Part shown: positions 1-12,100 of the stretch, piece by piece
How positions within the stretch are numbered: position 1 is the first letter of the stretch
Layout of the letters: each line of letters begins with the position of its first letter
Assembly: GCF_964194025.1 (NCBI RefSeq)
Contig: NC_134481.1
Span: forward strand, 14,260,001-14,324,000
From: Convolutriloba macropyga
Lineage: Eukaryota
Length of the DNA: 64,000 nucleotides
Reading direction: 5' to 3'
The notes under the pieces: model-generated
What the model was told of the DNA's origin: nothing
Database searches by the model: none
What the model saw: only the letters and a program-made list of their open reading frames with translations
Made by a program: the position numbers and the translations under genes

Positions 1-420
1 GAGTTAAAACGATCCAAGAGCTATATGGATAACATGGTGTGCACTGTTGGGGGCAATCACCAAAATTACCCATAGTTTGCTATTGAACTTCACAAAAATT
101 TCTCATCCACTCTTGAGACACCCGATGGTGATGGGAACCTGCTTTTTCTAGTTCTGCACATAAGCGTGAACGACGATGGAAAAATTGCTGTCATTGATAT
201 AAATTGTCAACTGAGTCTTGCATAATATGCAGTTTCCTTGACTATCATTACAAAATTACAAATTTTTTCAAGGAACTAAACAAAAAGCTTTCAATGCCAC
301 CAGCAACGCTAACACAAAACTTTCAACGCCACCGCAAATCTGATTGAGGAGCCATTCTGATTGATCATTCAGTATTAACAATGAGACATTTAAAAAAAAT
401 CACAAAAGAACTGGTTTGAA
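1..420 (+). mobile_element. Penelope-like retroelement fragment (RT motif C and thumb), degenerate, runs off window start
   Basis: Frame 1 reads ELKRSKSYMDNMVCTVGGNH (degenerate YVDD), then LETPDGDGNLLFLVLHISVN. Collinear with 4860-5260 and with the minus-strand copy at 7500-7877. Confidence 0.75.
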
Positions 421-450
421 CCAGAAATTTTTTTGAGAAGTAGTTAAAAA

Positions 451-3003
451 TACTGTCTCATGAAAATTAAGCCATAAATGTTTGGGAGAAGTTTAGGCTC
501 CATAAAAGTGCCTTCCTGTGTAAACGCATTATGTTCCACTCAGTAATAACTCCACCGGGAACTTCCAATTGTGAGTTTCTTATGTTTCGCGCTCCCTCAT
601 CCAATTGTCGCCTCCGTTATCAGGAGTAAATCCACATAGCCAAGTTTTTGACTCGCAGTTTATTTTCACACATAGATGCAGTAGTTGGCACTCAAACATA
701 TCGATAGCGGTTCTTTGAAGAGCGAATTTTTCTGCTTCTCCTGTTGTCGTTTTCTGATTATCTTGTTGGCGTTTATCTCCGCCTGTACTTTAATTTCTGA
801 AATTTTAAATTTTGCTGCCGTTTTCAGAAACGTTTTACGAGCTGCCTCGAGCTTCACAACGTTTTCCAAAATTTTTTAAAGCTGTTTTGAGCTGCACATA
901 TAAAGCGCGAAAATGCTTCCATTGTTCTTCAGCAATGACTAGCTGCTGACTTAACTCATCAATTTGCCCTTTTAGCTTTTTCTTTTCTTTTTGAACACTT
1001 TCAGGTTGCTGCTGCATTTGTAGAAAAGGAGGTCCCAACTTTTCTTTGTTTTCTACCCGGAGTTTCATCCGATTATAAACCTAAATAGTAAGGGCAGTCT
1101 TTGGCTTAATGTTGTAGGACAGATCACATCTATCTTCGTCGCCAATATAGAATCCTTTGTAGATAACTGGGTTCTAAAAATCTCCTCCAATTGATTTTGA
1201 TAAATTTCAAAGGTTTCAAATAGTTGAATTCAAAAATTCAAAATATAGTTCAGCTCGAAGAATATTTATTACTATTCAGGCTTTTCAAAATTAAAATGTG
1301 GAGAAGGCAAACCCTCAAATGCATTTAATGGTAATTATGAACTGTGATAGTCATAATTTACCGGTATAGCCCCGGCGTTGTTTTCATGTTCATTTACCAA
1401 GATAACTTGGTCCCCAAAAACCTTGCTTTGATTGTCCTTCCAAAAAGCAGTGTTTGGTACCAACGATAACGTTGTACATCATATTTAATCTCATAATCTC
1501 TGTCATAATCACGGTTTTGATTTCTAAACCATAGTTTTTTGACAAATGGTTATGTATACTGTGTCATGAATAATAGGCCCTAAACCTGCGCGTTAAATTG
1601 TCATTCTAAATCTGCGCGTTAAAAAGCATTGACTGAAATTTGCTGTGTCGCCTCTGTTATCAGAGTGAATCCATCGAGCCAAATTTATGACGCGCAGATG
1701 AATTTCCCCCATAGATGCAGTAGATGGCAACCAAACATATGGATAGCGGTTCTTTGCAGGGAGAAATCTTTTCCGTCTCTTGGAGTTGTTTTATGAATAT
1801 CTTGTTGGCGTTTATCTCCGCCTGCATTTTATTTTCTGAAATTTTGAGTTCTGCTGCCGTTTTCAAAAACATATTACGAGCTGCCTCGAGCTTCACAACG
1901 TTTTCCAAAAACATTTTAAGAGCTATCTTTAGCTGCATATATAAAGCGTCTGGTTCAGTTCAAGTGTACTCACAGTCCGGTCGTATTTGCTGAAGTTGTC
2001 GTTCCAACTCAAAAATGCCGTAAATAGTTTTGATTCAAGCGCGAAAATGCTTCCGTTGTTCTTCATTTTATCAAGGTGAATCCACAGAGCCATGTTTTTG
2101 AAACGCCGTTGAATTTCCTCCAAATATGCAGTAAGTGCCACACAAAGAAGATCATATATGATAGCGGGTCTTTGCAGGGCGATTTCTTCTCCTTCTCCTG
2201 CCATCGTTTTCCAATCAGCTCGTTTGCGTTATCTCCGCCTATAATTTAGTTTCTTAACTCTTGAAATTTGCTGCTGTTCTAAAAACCTTTTCACGAGCTG
2301 CTTCCAACTCCCCCTTGTTGTCCACGACATTTTTAGATCTGATTTTAGCATCACAGACAAAGCGTTAGACGCTGTTTGACCGGACTGGCAGTCGGGTCGC
2401 ATTTGCTTGAGTTGGCGTTTCAGCTCAAATAGACTGTTATTGGCTTAGATTCTAGTATGAATGTGCTCCCGTTGTTCTCCGGTAACAACTAGTTATTGCT
2501 CTCTCAATAACTTTCCCTTTTAGCATATTCTTTTTTGTTGAACATTGGTTAAAGGTGTAGGATTGATCACATTTTTGTCGCCGATATAGAATCCCCTGTA
2601 GTTATCTGGGGTTCTAAAATCCCCTCCGAGTACTTCTGATAAATTTAAAAGGTTTCAACTAGTTGAATTCATAATAAAAAGTAAAATTTATCTCGAGGAA
2701 TGATAATTACTATTCACCCTAATTAAAAGTAAAATGTAGGGAAGGAGAACTCTGAAATAGGTTTGGCAGTTAGTATGAAAGTCAAATGTTACCAGTATTG
2801 CCCCCAAAGTTATTTTTTTTTCATCTACCAAGATAACTTGGCCCAGAGACCTTGCTCTGTTTGTCTTGCCCAAACGCAATTCTTGGTACCAATGATGACT
2901 TTCTGTATCATAGATCTTCTCTGACTTAATCTCGGTTCTAATTGAACTATAAATTCTTGTGATAAGTGGCTATATGTACTGTCTCATGAACAATAAGTAA
3001 TAA
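451..3003 (-). repeat. Degenerate tandem array (~1.1-1.4 kb units) carrying broken coiled-coil-like ORFs of unknown identity
   Basis: Anchor TACTGT(C/G)TCATGAA recurs at ~451, ~1557 and ~2977. Homologous ORF pieces (ENVVKLEAAR..FLKTAA..KISE...QAEINANKI) at 666-1068, 1660-1938 and ~2100-2560. Shared non-coding block at 1120-1500 and 2560-2930. Confidence 0.7.
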
Positions 3004-3499
3004 ATCAGAGTTTTTAGCTGTCACTTTCATGTTTTTTTTTTGTTAAAAGTACTTTAAAATCTAATTTTTGAAGACTTCCGCATTAACATTTTGGTTAGCA
3101 TGGGTAAGAAAACTTTGAGGGTCACTGCAAGAACTAAAAACTCACCTTGAGTACTGGGGGCGAAAATAAAAATAAAAGTATTGGTCCAAAAGAAACAAAA
3201 TTATTGTGTTCGGCTTTCGAAAATTGTTCCTGTACTTGTTAATTCGAAATTTCTTCAACCCAAGCAACTGAAGAGTTGCAACAAGTAGGACCGAGGGTAA
3301 TTCTGTTCAGAAATAAAAAAAAATCCGATCATTTTGAAACCTCCGGACTAAAGTTTGAATTTACTGGATGTCTTGAATGTGTCTTTATTGCTGTAAATGT
3401 AATTCTAACGGTATATAATTTCGTATCTTTCGAAGTTTCGAATTCCCAAAAACAAATTTATAACAAAAACTGGTGCACAAATTTTAGCCTAAGCTCTGG

Positions 3500-5770
3500 A
3501 AGAAAGAAATAGGTCGTACTGATCAAGGCCGTAGACTTTTCGATGAAAAATTTGAAGAGGATAGTGACATTCTCAGGAAAAAGGTGAAAAAAGAATTTTT
3601 ACAATCGATTGTGTACAGCAAAGAAAATGAAATGAGCTAGCATTCCAAATTGATTAGTAGGAGACTTAACCAGAAGCTAGCAAAGTTGTCTGAGAGACAA
3701 GACAGGCCTTTGGAGAATGAATCTCATATTAATAATGCTACATTGGACTGCGTTGAACTGCCAAAATTTGTCCTGGACATCCCTTCATTTGTACCAAAGC
3801 AACCAAAGCATGCGGATGTTGACAGATCAGTTCGTGAGTTAGGAGTCAATATTACTGAAAATTTATGTGATATAGAAGTGTCGGCAAAATGGTACGCCAA
3901 GAATATACGTGAGACACCAATGGATAGAGGGGTTTAAACAGTTAATGAGTTATTGAAAGAACAAGAATTACTTGCTGTACCATTTGATAACAGTTGTGGT
4001 TTTTGTGTTATGAAAGAGATAACATACTCGAATTCACTATATGACATCCTTAGTGCCAGTCACTTTGAGTGCCGTAATGGAGAAAGTGACGAGCTAACAA
4101 TAAAAACAGCTAATGGAACAGGGAGAGATAAATGAAGATTTATCACAGGATCAAACAACTGTATCGAAACCAGTCAGGCTTTATGGACTTGCAAAAGTAC
4201 ATAAAAAAGTTACGCCGCTGCGGCCTGTTCTATAGATACCACATAGCAGTTACGAGAACCTCAAAAAATGTCTCTTTCTTTCCAGAGTTTACCAGGTGCT
4301 AATATTGAGACTAACTCAAACGATTCCAGAGCGGTTTTAGAGGCTACCAATTTGAAGGAAGATTGTCTAATAGTTTCTCTCAATTTTATGAGGTTGTATA
4401 CCAATTTACCAGTCAACGAAGCCAATAAATGTAAGCTGGATGAACTGTACTTCAGTGACGAGCTTTGTGAGCTTTCGAGGTCAACTATGACGATTTTTTT
4501 GAGACTAGCGGGCGCGAATATATACTTTATGTGTAATAAATAATGGTACACTCAATCGGACGGTTTGGAAATGGGTGCGTCGCTTTCGGTAATATTGGCA
4601 AATTTGTGGATAAGATCTTTTAAAAATCCTTGCAGAAACCAAAAAAGGGAGGGGAAAACAAAATTTCTCACATGAAAGCAATATGCATTGATTTTAACCG
4701 ACGCGTTATTTTACGGGGGAAAAGTGTCGCGTGCGAATCATGCAAAAACTGGTTTCATGCAAAATGCCAGGGCATCACTGACATGGAGTATATGAAAATG
4801 CAGGAAATTGTATGAATCTGTTCCTATTGTGCAGGAAAATGTACAACGGAGGAGACACAGGAATTGAAGTTAGCTTTGATGACTTAGTGTGAACTGTCGA
4901 GGTGAACCCTCTAACTTACTTCGATTATGCAAATTCTCCTCACGAAGTCCTACAATTAACTCTTGAGACACCAAACGGTAGTGGAGACCAGATTTTCCTA
5001 TATCTTAATATAAATATAAACGATAATAGAGGAAATAGCTGTCATTGATATCACAAATCAAATATTAACGGCATAATCTTAAATTACCATAGCTGTGCAC
5101 CGTTACGACAAAACAAAATTGTGTTTCCGGGGACTGTCCATAGGATTATCAATGCAATCAGTGACTTGCACTCCCATGATGTAGTTCTTTCAAAAAATCA
5201 AGAGATCAGCACTGAAAATTCATATACAACTGAGTAGACAACCAGTATTGTTAATGAGACGTTGGATAAAATGATCACAAAAAAAGCTTACAGCAAACCT
5301 CCAACATACCAAAACAATAAAAGTCTCGACAAAAATCAACTTAAACTGTTTTTTTGTTCCATAGAGAGGAAACATCACTTTTGAAGACTGAAAAAAATTT
5401 GCGATATTTAAATCATTTTCACGAGAATAAATTAAGAACTTTTCAGCACACCATGAGATTGATTTTCAATAAATATCTGAAATCGCATTTGGTATAAGAA
5501 GTTAAATGTAATTGATGCAGATCTATTTACGTTGGCGAAACCAGCCAACGTGTTGCAACTAGAGGTTTCCCCGTTCAAAGATTCCCCATTGAGATAACAC
5601 CTTGAATGTTGAGGTACAGCACATGCGCATAACATTGAATGAAGATTTTAGTTGCATGTTGCGGGGTTGAAAAACTAATGGCAATAGAAGAGATCTACAT
5701 CAAAAATCTGCAACTGCAACTTAAAACGTGCGAAGAGAACCGGGGTCGGGATTTGACCGTGAAGTATTAG
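3500..5770 (+). mobile_element. Penelope-like retroelement (RT + GIY-YIG endonuclease), pseudogenised, with PHD finger inserted in RT
   Basis: LAVPFDNSCGFCVM (ADKG-like), RLYGLAKVHKKVTPLRPVL, IVSLNFMRLYTNLP (motif A), QSDGLEMGASLSVILANLW (motif B), FDD at 4875-4883, and GIY-YIG remnant EVKCN*CRSIYVGETS...LMAIEEIYIK...RDLTVKY* at ~5490-5770. Many stops and frameshifts. Confidence 0.85.
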
Positions 5771-6624
5771 CTCAAATCCAAAAAAACGACTTGTTAAAAT
5801 CAAAATTTATTCTGGTACGTGTTCTTTTGGATTTTGGTCAACCCCAACAAACAATAAAGGTAACATTAGATAAGAATGAAAGCAAAATCTTCTTTTCAGG
5901 ATCAGAAAACAAAATACCCGGGGTTTTCAAAAACTCTGGAATAAAGACTGAATTAATTATTTTGTAATAAATGTAAATAAAAAAATCTGTGGATGTGATT
6001 TCAAGAAAAAAAAAAGTTCGTTATTAATTTTACTCATTACTAAGAATTAATTAAATAGGGTCAAAGACAAGTTCATTTACTTTGTAATTAACTTTGTACA
6101 ATTGTTAAACTTGAAAATGAACGGAACGATCAAAAACTTTCGTTTTTTAAATGAATTGAATTTTTAATCCACAATTCTCTCTTCTCTGCATCTAAGAAAA
6201 ACCAAGCGCAACACTTTGAAAATTTTCTCTCTCTCTAAATTCGCAATGTTGAAAATGAGAAGAAATAATTAAAATGTGAGCAAAAACAAAGAAAAATCAG
6301 TCAAATGTTCGAAAAAAGCTTTGAGTTTCAAAAAAACCGTCCAAATGAACGATATTTGAAAAATTTATCAGCCTTATCAGTGTTCAAGATAAAAAATGTC
6401 TGATCTTTGATCAGAAAATTTAAAGAAGGCATTGATTATTTTCGATGTAACAGAGCACTCATCGGAAATTTTTGTGAAACATTTTAAAAAATACAGACAA
6501 CGAAAACTTCTTCAATAATGAAAGAATTTTTAGTTTTCAAAATGAGAGAAATATAAACAAATAGAAAAAAAAATAGGAAAACTAAAAAAGAAAATGGAGA
6601 CGTAAAAAAAGAATGTCAGTTAAA

Positions 6625-6675
6625 AATTTTCTCACAAACATTTTCGAACTCTGAGTTCATCGTCAGGTTATAAAG
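6625..6675 (-). ncRNA. Hammerhead-ribozyme-like motif in PLE 3' end
   Basis: Minus strand reads CTGACGA-T-GAACT-CAG-AGTTC-GAAA (core CUGANGA, stem II, GAAA), ~300 bp downstream of the GIY-YIG stop, where PLE pseudo-LTR hammerheads are expected. Stems I and III are weak. Confidence 0.55.
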
Positions 6676-6961
6676 AATACAAATTGCTAAAGTGAAAAGC
6701 CAAAAAATAAAAAGCAAATCACTAAAATTCACTAATTCAAGAAAATTAAATGCGAATTTTTACATCTCTATAGTCGTTTCTACAAAATTTTATATCTGAG
6801 TACATGTATCTTTTTGATTTCATGTATCAGACGCATATCGACATGTTTTTTTCGAAGCCATGCATTAATTACTTTAAACTTATTTCGTTTTGTTGAATTT
6901 TAACGTTGAATTTTTCGTTTTGTTACATGTCTCTCCTTCAAGTTGGAATTTCATCTCCAAA

Positions 6962-7877
6962 CTAAGCTTTCAGTGTCAGTTCTCGTGTTCAGTTTTCTTC
7001 GGGGGTGTTGATGGCCAGTTTCAATTTTCTTATATAAAGCGTCTCTAGTGTCATTAGCTTAGATTGGTCGACGCACTGAATAATATCTTCTACTGGAAAA
7101 CTGTTTTATCACCGTTGCACTCAATTGCGTGTATTACCATCGGTGAGTCCGCCTTGGTATGCACTGCAACCCTTGTTGTAATATGTCGGCATGTCTGCCC
7201 TACATAGATGGACTTGCATCCCTTACAAGTGAGTTCATGAACCACGTGCGATTTGGGATCTTTATCAAAGCTAGACTTAAGGCTAAGTAAACAGCTCTTA
7301 CGTTTCCAATTGGTGAAATTTGTCTTGACAGTACAAATTTTGTTCAGCTTCTTTACAATTTTTTTTAGAAATGTTGCCCCTGTACTGTAATACAAATAGT
7401 TGTTTCTCAGTTTTTTTTGTTGTTAAGCGACTACGCAAGCGTTCTATATTTTTTTAGTTCTTTCTTTCGCAGCTGGTTAATTGTATCCTTGACGATTTTC
7501 TCTACCCAATGCCTAGGATATTGATTACGTTCCCAAATTTTTTCATTTTTGATTAATGCTTCATGGAGTGGTTGTGTAAAAAAAGGCGGTGTATTGTTCC
7601 CTGTATTATGCTTTTCTTATGTTGAAGGGGTGCACAGCTACTATAGTTCTGAATTTTTCCAGTATCTGATGGTTTTTGTTACCACGTGCAAAAAATTGTA
7701 CCATCTGGTTGTACGATAAATGACATGTCCAGAAATGGCAAGCTGTTTTTGTCATCCGTTGTTTCTAATGTAGATGGAGTATTTGGATGCAGGTTAATGA
7801 CCTTATCTAACAGCTCTTTGGTATCACCTCTAACTGTTCTCACACTATCGTCGACATATCTTAGAAAAATTTTCTGA
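6962..7877 (-). mobile_element. Penelope-like retroelement, 5'-truncated (RT motif C, thumb, GIY-YIG)
   Basis: KIFLRYVDDSVRTVRG...LETTDDKNSLPFLDM (ORF 7679-7963) and HVVHELTCKGCKSIYVGQTCRHITTRVAVH (ORF 7090-7395). Tail-to-tail with the plus-strand PLE. Confidence 0.9.
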
Positions 7878-8567
7878 AAAAACACCCCGGCTGCTGAACT
7901 ACGAGATGGCCGAGTAGATAACAATGAGATGGCAAAGCTGTTAAAATGAGAAATCGCTTTCAAGGGGAAAGCGATTAAACTGTTTAGCTGTCTGCTGTAA
8001 CATTAAATCAAAGTACCTGGGGAAAAGTATACGTGACTCTTGATTTTTTTCAATACACTATAACTTCGGTAACTGGTAGAAAGATAGTCTGTAGGAGCGT
8101 GTTTTACTATTGAAAAAACGAACGGAGAAAACTAGAGGCGGGCTCTTCTACAGAACGTGTAGATTAAAAAATCGACTCGATAAGTATGATGACTTCAAGT
8201 TTGTCTGGATTAACAAGTAGGCTGCTCAACTTGATCGGAAATCAGTAAACACCGGGTTTTCTGAATTCAACGTCTGCAGGCGGCAGTTTTTCTCCGACTG
8301 CAGCATGTGCAGAAATTAGTGGACACTGTTTTAGATAGAAAGAAGGGAACCAAATGTGCCCGGCAGCTTTCTGCTGCGAAGCCATAACTCAATTTAATCG
8401 AAAATTACAATTGCTTTAGTTATTGATTGCCGTAAAGTGTTAGCTGGGTCTTCTATTGACCTTCTCTGGATTTTACAATTCAACGATTTTGATTTGTAGT
8501 AGGGCGCTCTGTCTTTTCTGTATAATTATCTGGCAAATTTTTATGATTTTTGAAGTCTAATTGAAGT

Positions 8568-8916
8568 TGTACCAGGAGAGGCACGTGCTAAAAAACCGTA
8601 ACTTTGAACACCAAGTCATAATGTTGATTTTATAGATATAATTCAATGGTTAGGAAATGGATGACTTTTTCACGGTAGCAAAAGAAGATTTGTGAAGCAA
8701 ATCTCAAGAAAGTTTTAACTGTTGAAAAGGAACAACAGTGGGCAAAGGGTAGCCGAGGCATATCGTGCCAAAGTAACTATAATTCAAGGGTCTTTTCTGA
8801 AAAACCACCAACACTGGCCTCAGTGAAGCAAGCTGATTAGTTTACTTCTCTGACGCCCGGCCGCAGCACCACCAACTTTACACATTCAAAATTAACTGAA
8901 AGCGGAACACCGCAGA
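8568..8916 (+). repeat. 5' LTR of BEL/Pao element
   Basis: Starts TGTACCAGGAGAGG, ends GAACACCGCAGA (terminal CA apparently mutated). Matches 15862-16210 and 18782-19130. Confidence 0.95.
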
Positions 8917-8924
8917 GTTTTTTC

Positions 8925-8934
8925 TGGTGACCCC
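8925..8934 (+). promoter_or_regulatory. Primer-binding site, tRNA-Trp type
   Basis: TGGTGACCCC 8 nt after the 5' LTR, complementary to the GGGGUCACCA 3' end of eukaryotic tRNA-Trp. Confidence 0.7.
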
Positions 8935-9114
8935 CCCCTAACCAAGCTCGAACGCGCAACCTCAAGGCAAAGGAAAGGGCAAAGGCAAAGACAAAGACCA
9001 CGAATCATCCCCAAAGACCAAGACCCATCCCCCCACCGGACAATAAAGACCCCCCAACACAGTCAACAATTCAACAACCAAAATGCAAAGCAGAATACAA
9101 ACCTCCTGACAGCA

Positions 9115-12100
9115 ATGCCGAACAGAACCATGCAACCACCCGTTTTAAAAGCAAAAATCAGTGTGATGGGGGAGAAAATTGCGAAGAACCTGCAAACCAT
9201 GAGCGACATGATTGACAGTGGGAACATAAACGCAGCGAAGAATGTTCATGAAAAGGCAGCGGTAACATTTTCGGAGTTCGAGGAAACCAGTTACGAGTTG
9301 ATTTCACATCTTGACGAAGATCAGCACGAGGAGTACATCGGAAAAATCACTGACACGTGGAACAACATCGACGACATGAAAATTAAAATTCAGAATCACC
9401 TTTCGCAAGAAAACACCACAACAGATTTCAACACACAAGACAACAACGAGACAACAGTAACAGCCAACTCGACAGCGGATAACTCAGCAACCAACAACAA
9501 CATCAACACTAGAGCAATTGGACAACAGCAAACATCCGTTAACAGAAGTTTACGCAACGATCAACCAGAAACTAGCAATTCCACTCAACGTGACAACCTC
9601 AACAGCTTTTGGTATGATAGACTAGCTTACTCAAGCAGCCTAAACGACCAGCAGAACAGAGTTACTGGAATGGGGGACACACAAACATTCAATCAGCCAA
9701 CAGAACAACCACAACAATTGTCAACAACGTTATCACAACCAGTTCCTTTCTATACGCCTTATGTGGAAGCTCTTCCAAAAAGGATCTTCAGAAGTTCAAC
9801 GGTGACCCGAGCTAATGGGCAGATTGGTACAGCCGTTTCAGTTTCATCATTGGAGACACTCAGCTCAGTGATGGACAGAAGATCGCCTATCTACAGGGAC
9901 TTGTAATTGGAAAAGCCAAAACAGCAATCGAAGGATTTGCCTGCAACGGACACCTGTACAAAGATGCAATAAACAAGTTGAAACAGCGGTTTGGGAACCC
10001 AAAGGTCATCATCAGCAATTTGTTGGAGAAACTCATCAACTACAGGCCACCAACGACATCTCTTCCTTGGACAATTGTAAACTTTTCCGCATTCATTAAC
10101 ACCTTGACAAGGACACTACAAGAACTCAACTTCGAAGCCGATCTCAACAGCACGACAATCTTGAAGCATGCAACCGACAAACTACCTTACAGCGAATAAT
10201 TCAAATGGAATCAGTTTGTTTTACGACGAAGAAATCAACAGCCGACAGTTGCAGACTTCAACCAATGGATTAAAGAAAAAGCAGAAGCACAAGAACGCTC
10301 AACGCATCAAGGACAAAGCAATACTAGTCTCAGCACAAACAGTTATACACATCAACTAAATTTCAGCTTAAATGGAAACTGACAATTTCATCAACAACCA
10401 ACTCGTCCAAACAGGGAACAACAGCAGCAACAACAACCAACACAGAACATAAACAACTTTAGCAACAACAACAATAAGAACCAGTATAACCAGCAGAGCA
10501 CAACACAAATGTTTCAAGCAACAAGAGGAAGCAACAGCAACAACCAGCCTCTGCCTTGTGTCTTCAACGACGGTAATCATCAGTTATTCCATTGCCCAAC
10601 GTTTAAAGCAAAGACAGCAGACGAAAAACTAAAACTGTTTATCAGTTGAACCTTTGCAGAAATTGTTTGGGAGCGAAACATCGAGCCAACAACTGTCCTT
10701 CAATCTCTAATTGCAGGGAGCAAGGATGTGGACAACGACACAACACTATGTTACACGGTGCCAACAGTAGATACGGACAAACACTGACCTCAATTGTTCC
10801 GCCAAACTCTCAATCGAACAAATCGAGAGGAAATGGTAACTCATTTGCTGTCATCAGCAACAAAGATACAACCACAACAAAGGACACGACAGCAGCAACC
10901 AAAACAACGAATCTTCTCTATGTCACGCCAGTTATTTTTTATAACAAGGAGAATAAAGTTCGCACATACGTCTTCATCGACCCAGGAAGCAGCTTGACAA
11001 TACTTCTCTCGAAGACAGCCAACGAACTACGCCTTCAGAAAGAAACACGTCAACAACTTGTCTTGGAGGGAGCCAACGGAACAGACACAAAATCGTGTTA
11101 CACAACGTCAACAGAAATTTCGAATTTGGAAGACGACGAACGCTACAACCTCAAACAGATATACGTAGTGGAAAACATCAATTTTCCAAATCTGGGGGAG
11201 CACCCGGGAGACATTGCCAGAAAGTATGACCACCTTAGACATGTCAATATGCCAACTCTGGATAATCTCGAAGTCAGAGTATTGATTGGACAGGACAACA
11301 TTAACCTTATCTCACCAGTCAGAATGGAAGAAGGACCATCATCAGCACCAAGCGCAAGTCTTTTCAAACTTGGTTGAACTATTTCTGGACCTCATACAGT
11401 ACTGGATGACAGCAAAATACAACATTCAATGCATCATACTGCTTTGTTTTGCAGCAATTGCCTCGAACAAGACAATGACCTCAACGAAGAAGTTTCTCAT
11501 TGGTGGAAAGCAGAGACAATTCCATTGGAATCCAAAACCAAGTCAAATTATCCAGAAGTTTTGTTGGCCACCAAGATACTTAACACAACATGCGTGAGAC
11601 AAACAGATGGACGTTATGAAATGGGACTTCTCTGGAAAGACGACAGCAGTTTAACAGACAACCGGTCGCAAGCCTTGACTCATTTGAATCATCTTGTCAA
11701 CAGACTACAGAAGAAACCTGAACAGTACAAGAAATACAGTGAGGGCATTCAAGCAGACCTGGAAAAAGGTTACATTGCAAAAGTACCTTTCCATAGACAG
11801 AAAGATACAGAATGGTACATGCCACACTATGGTCTTGTCAGCCCAAACAAACCCGACAAGATACAAAGAATCTGCAATGCCAAAGCACCACAAAGCGGAA
11901 CAAGCCTCAATGACAAACTCTTAGCTAGACCTGACCTCCTCGGGAATATGCTTGGAATTTTGCTACGGTTCCGACAGGGAGCCATTGCCATCCAGGGAGA
12001 CATCGAAGCGATGTTTATGCAAATCGGAGTACGACAACAGGACCGACGTTATCTACGATTCATGGGGAGAAAACCCAACAGCTCAGAATTAGAGGTGTAC

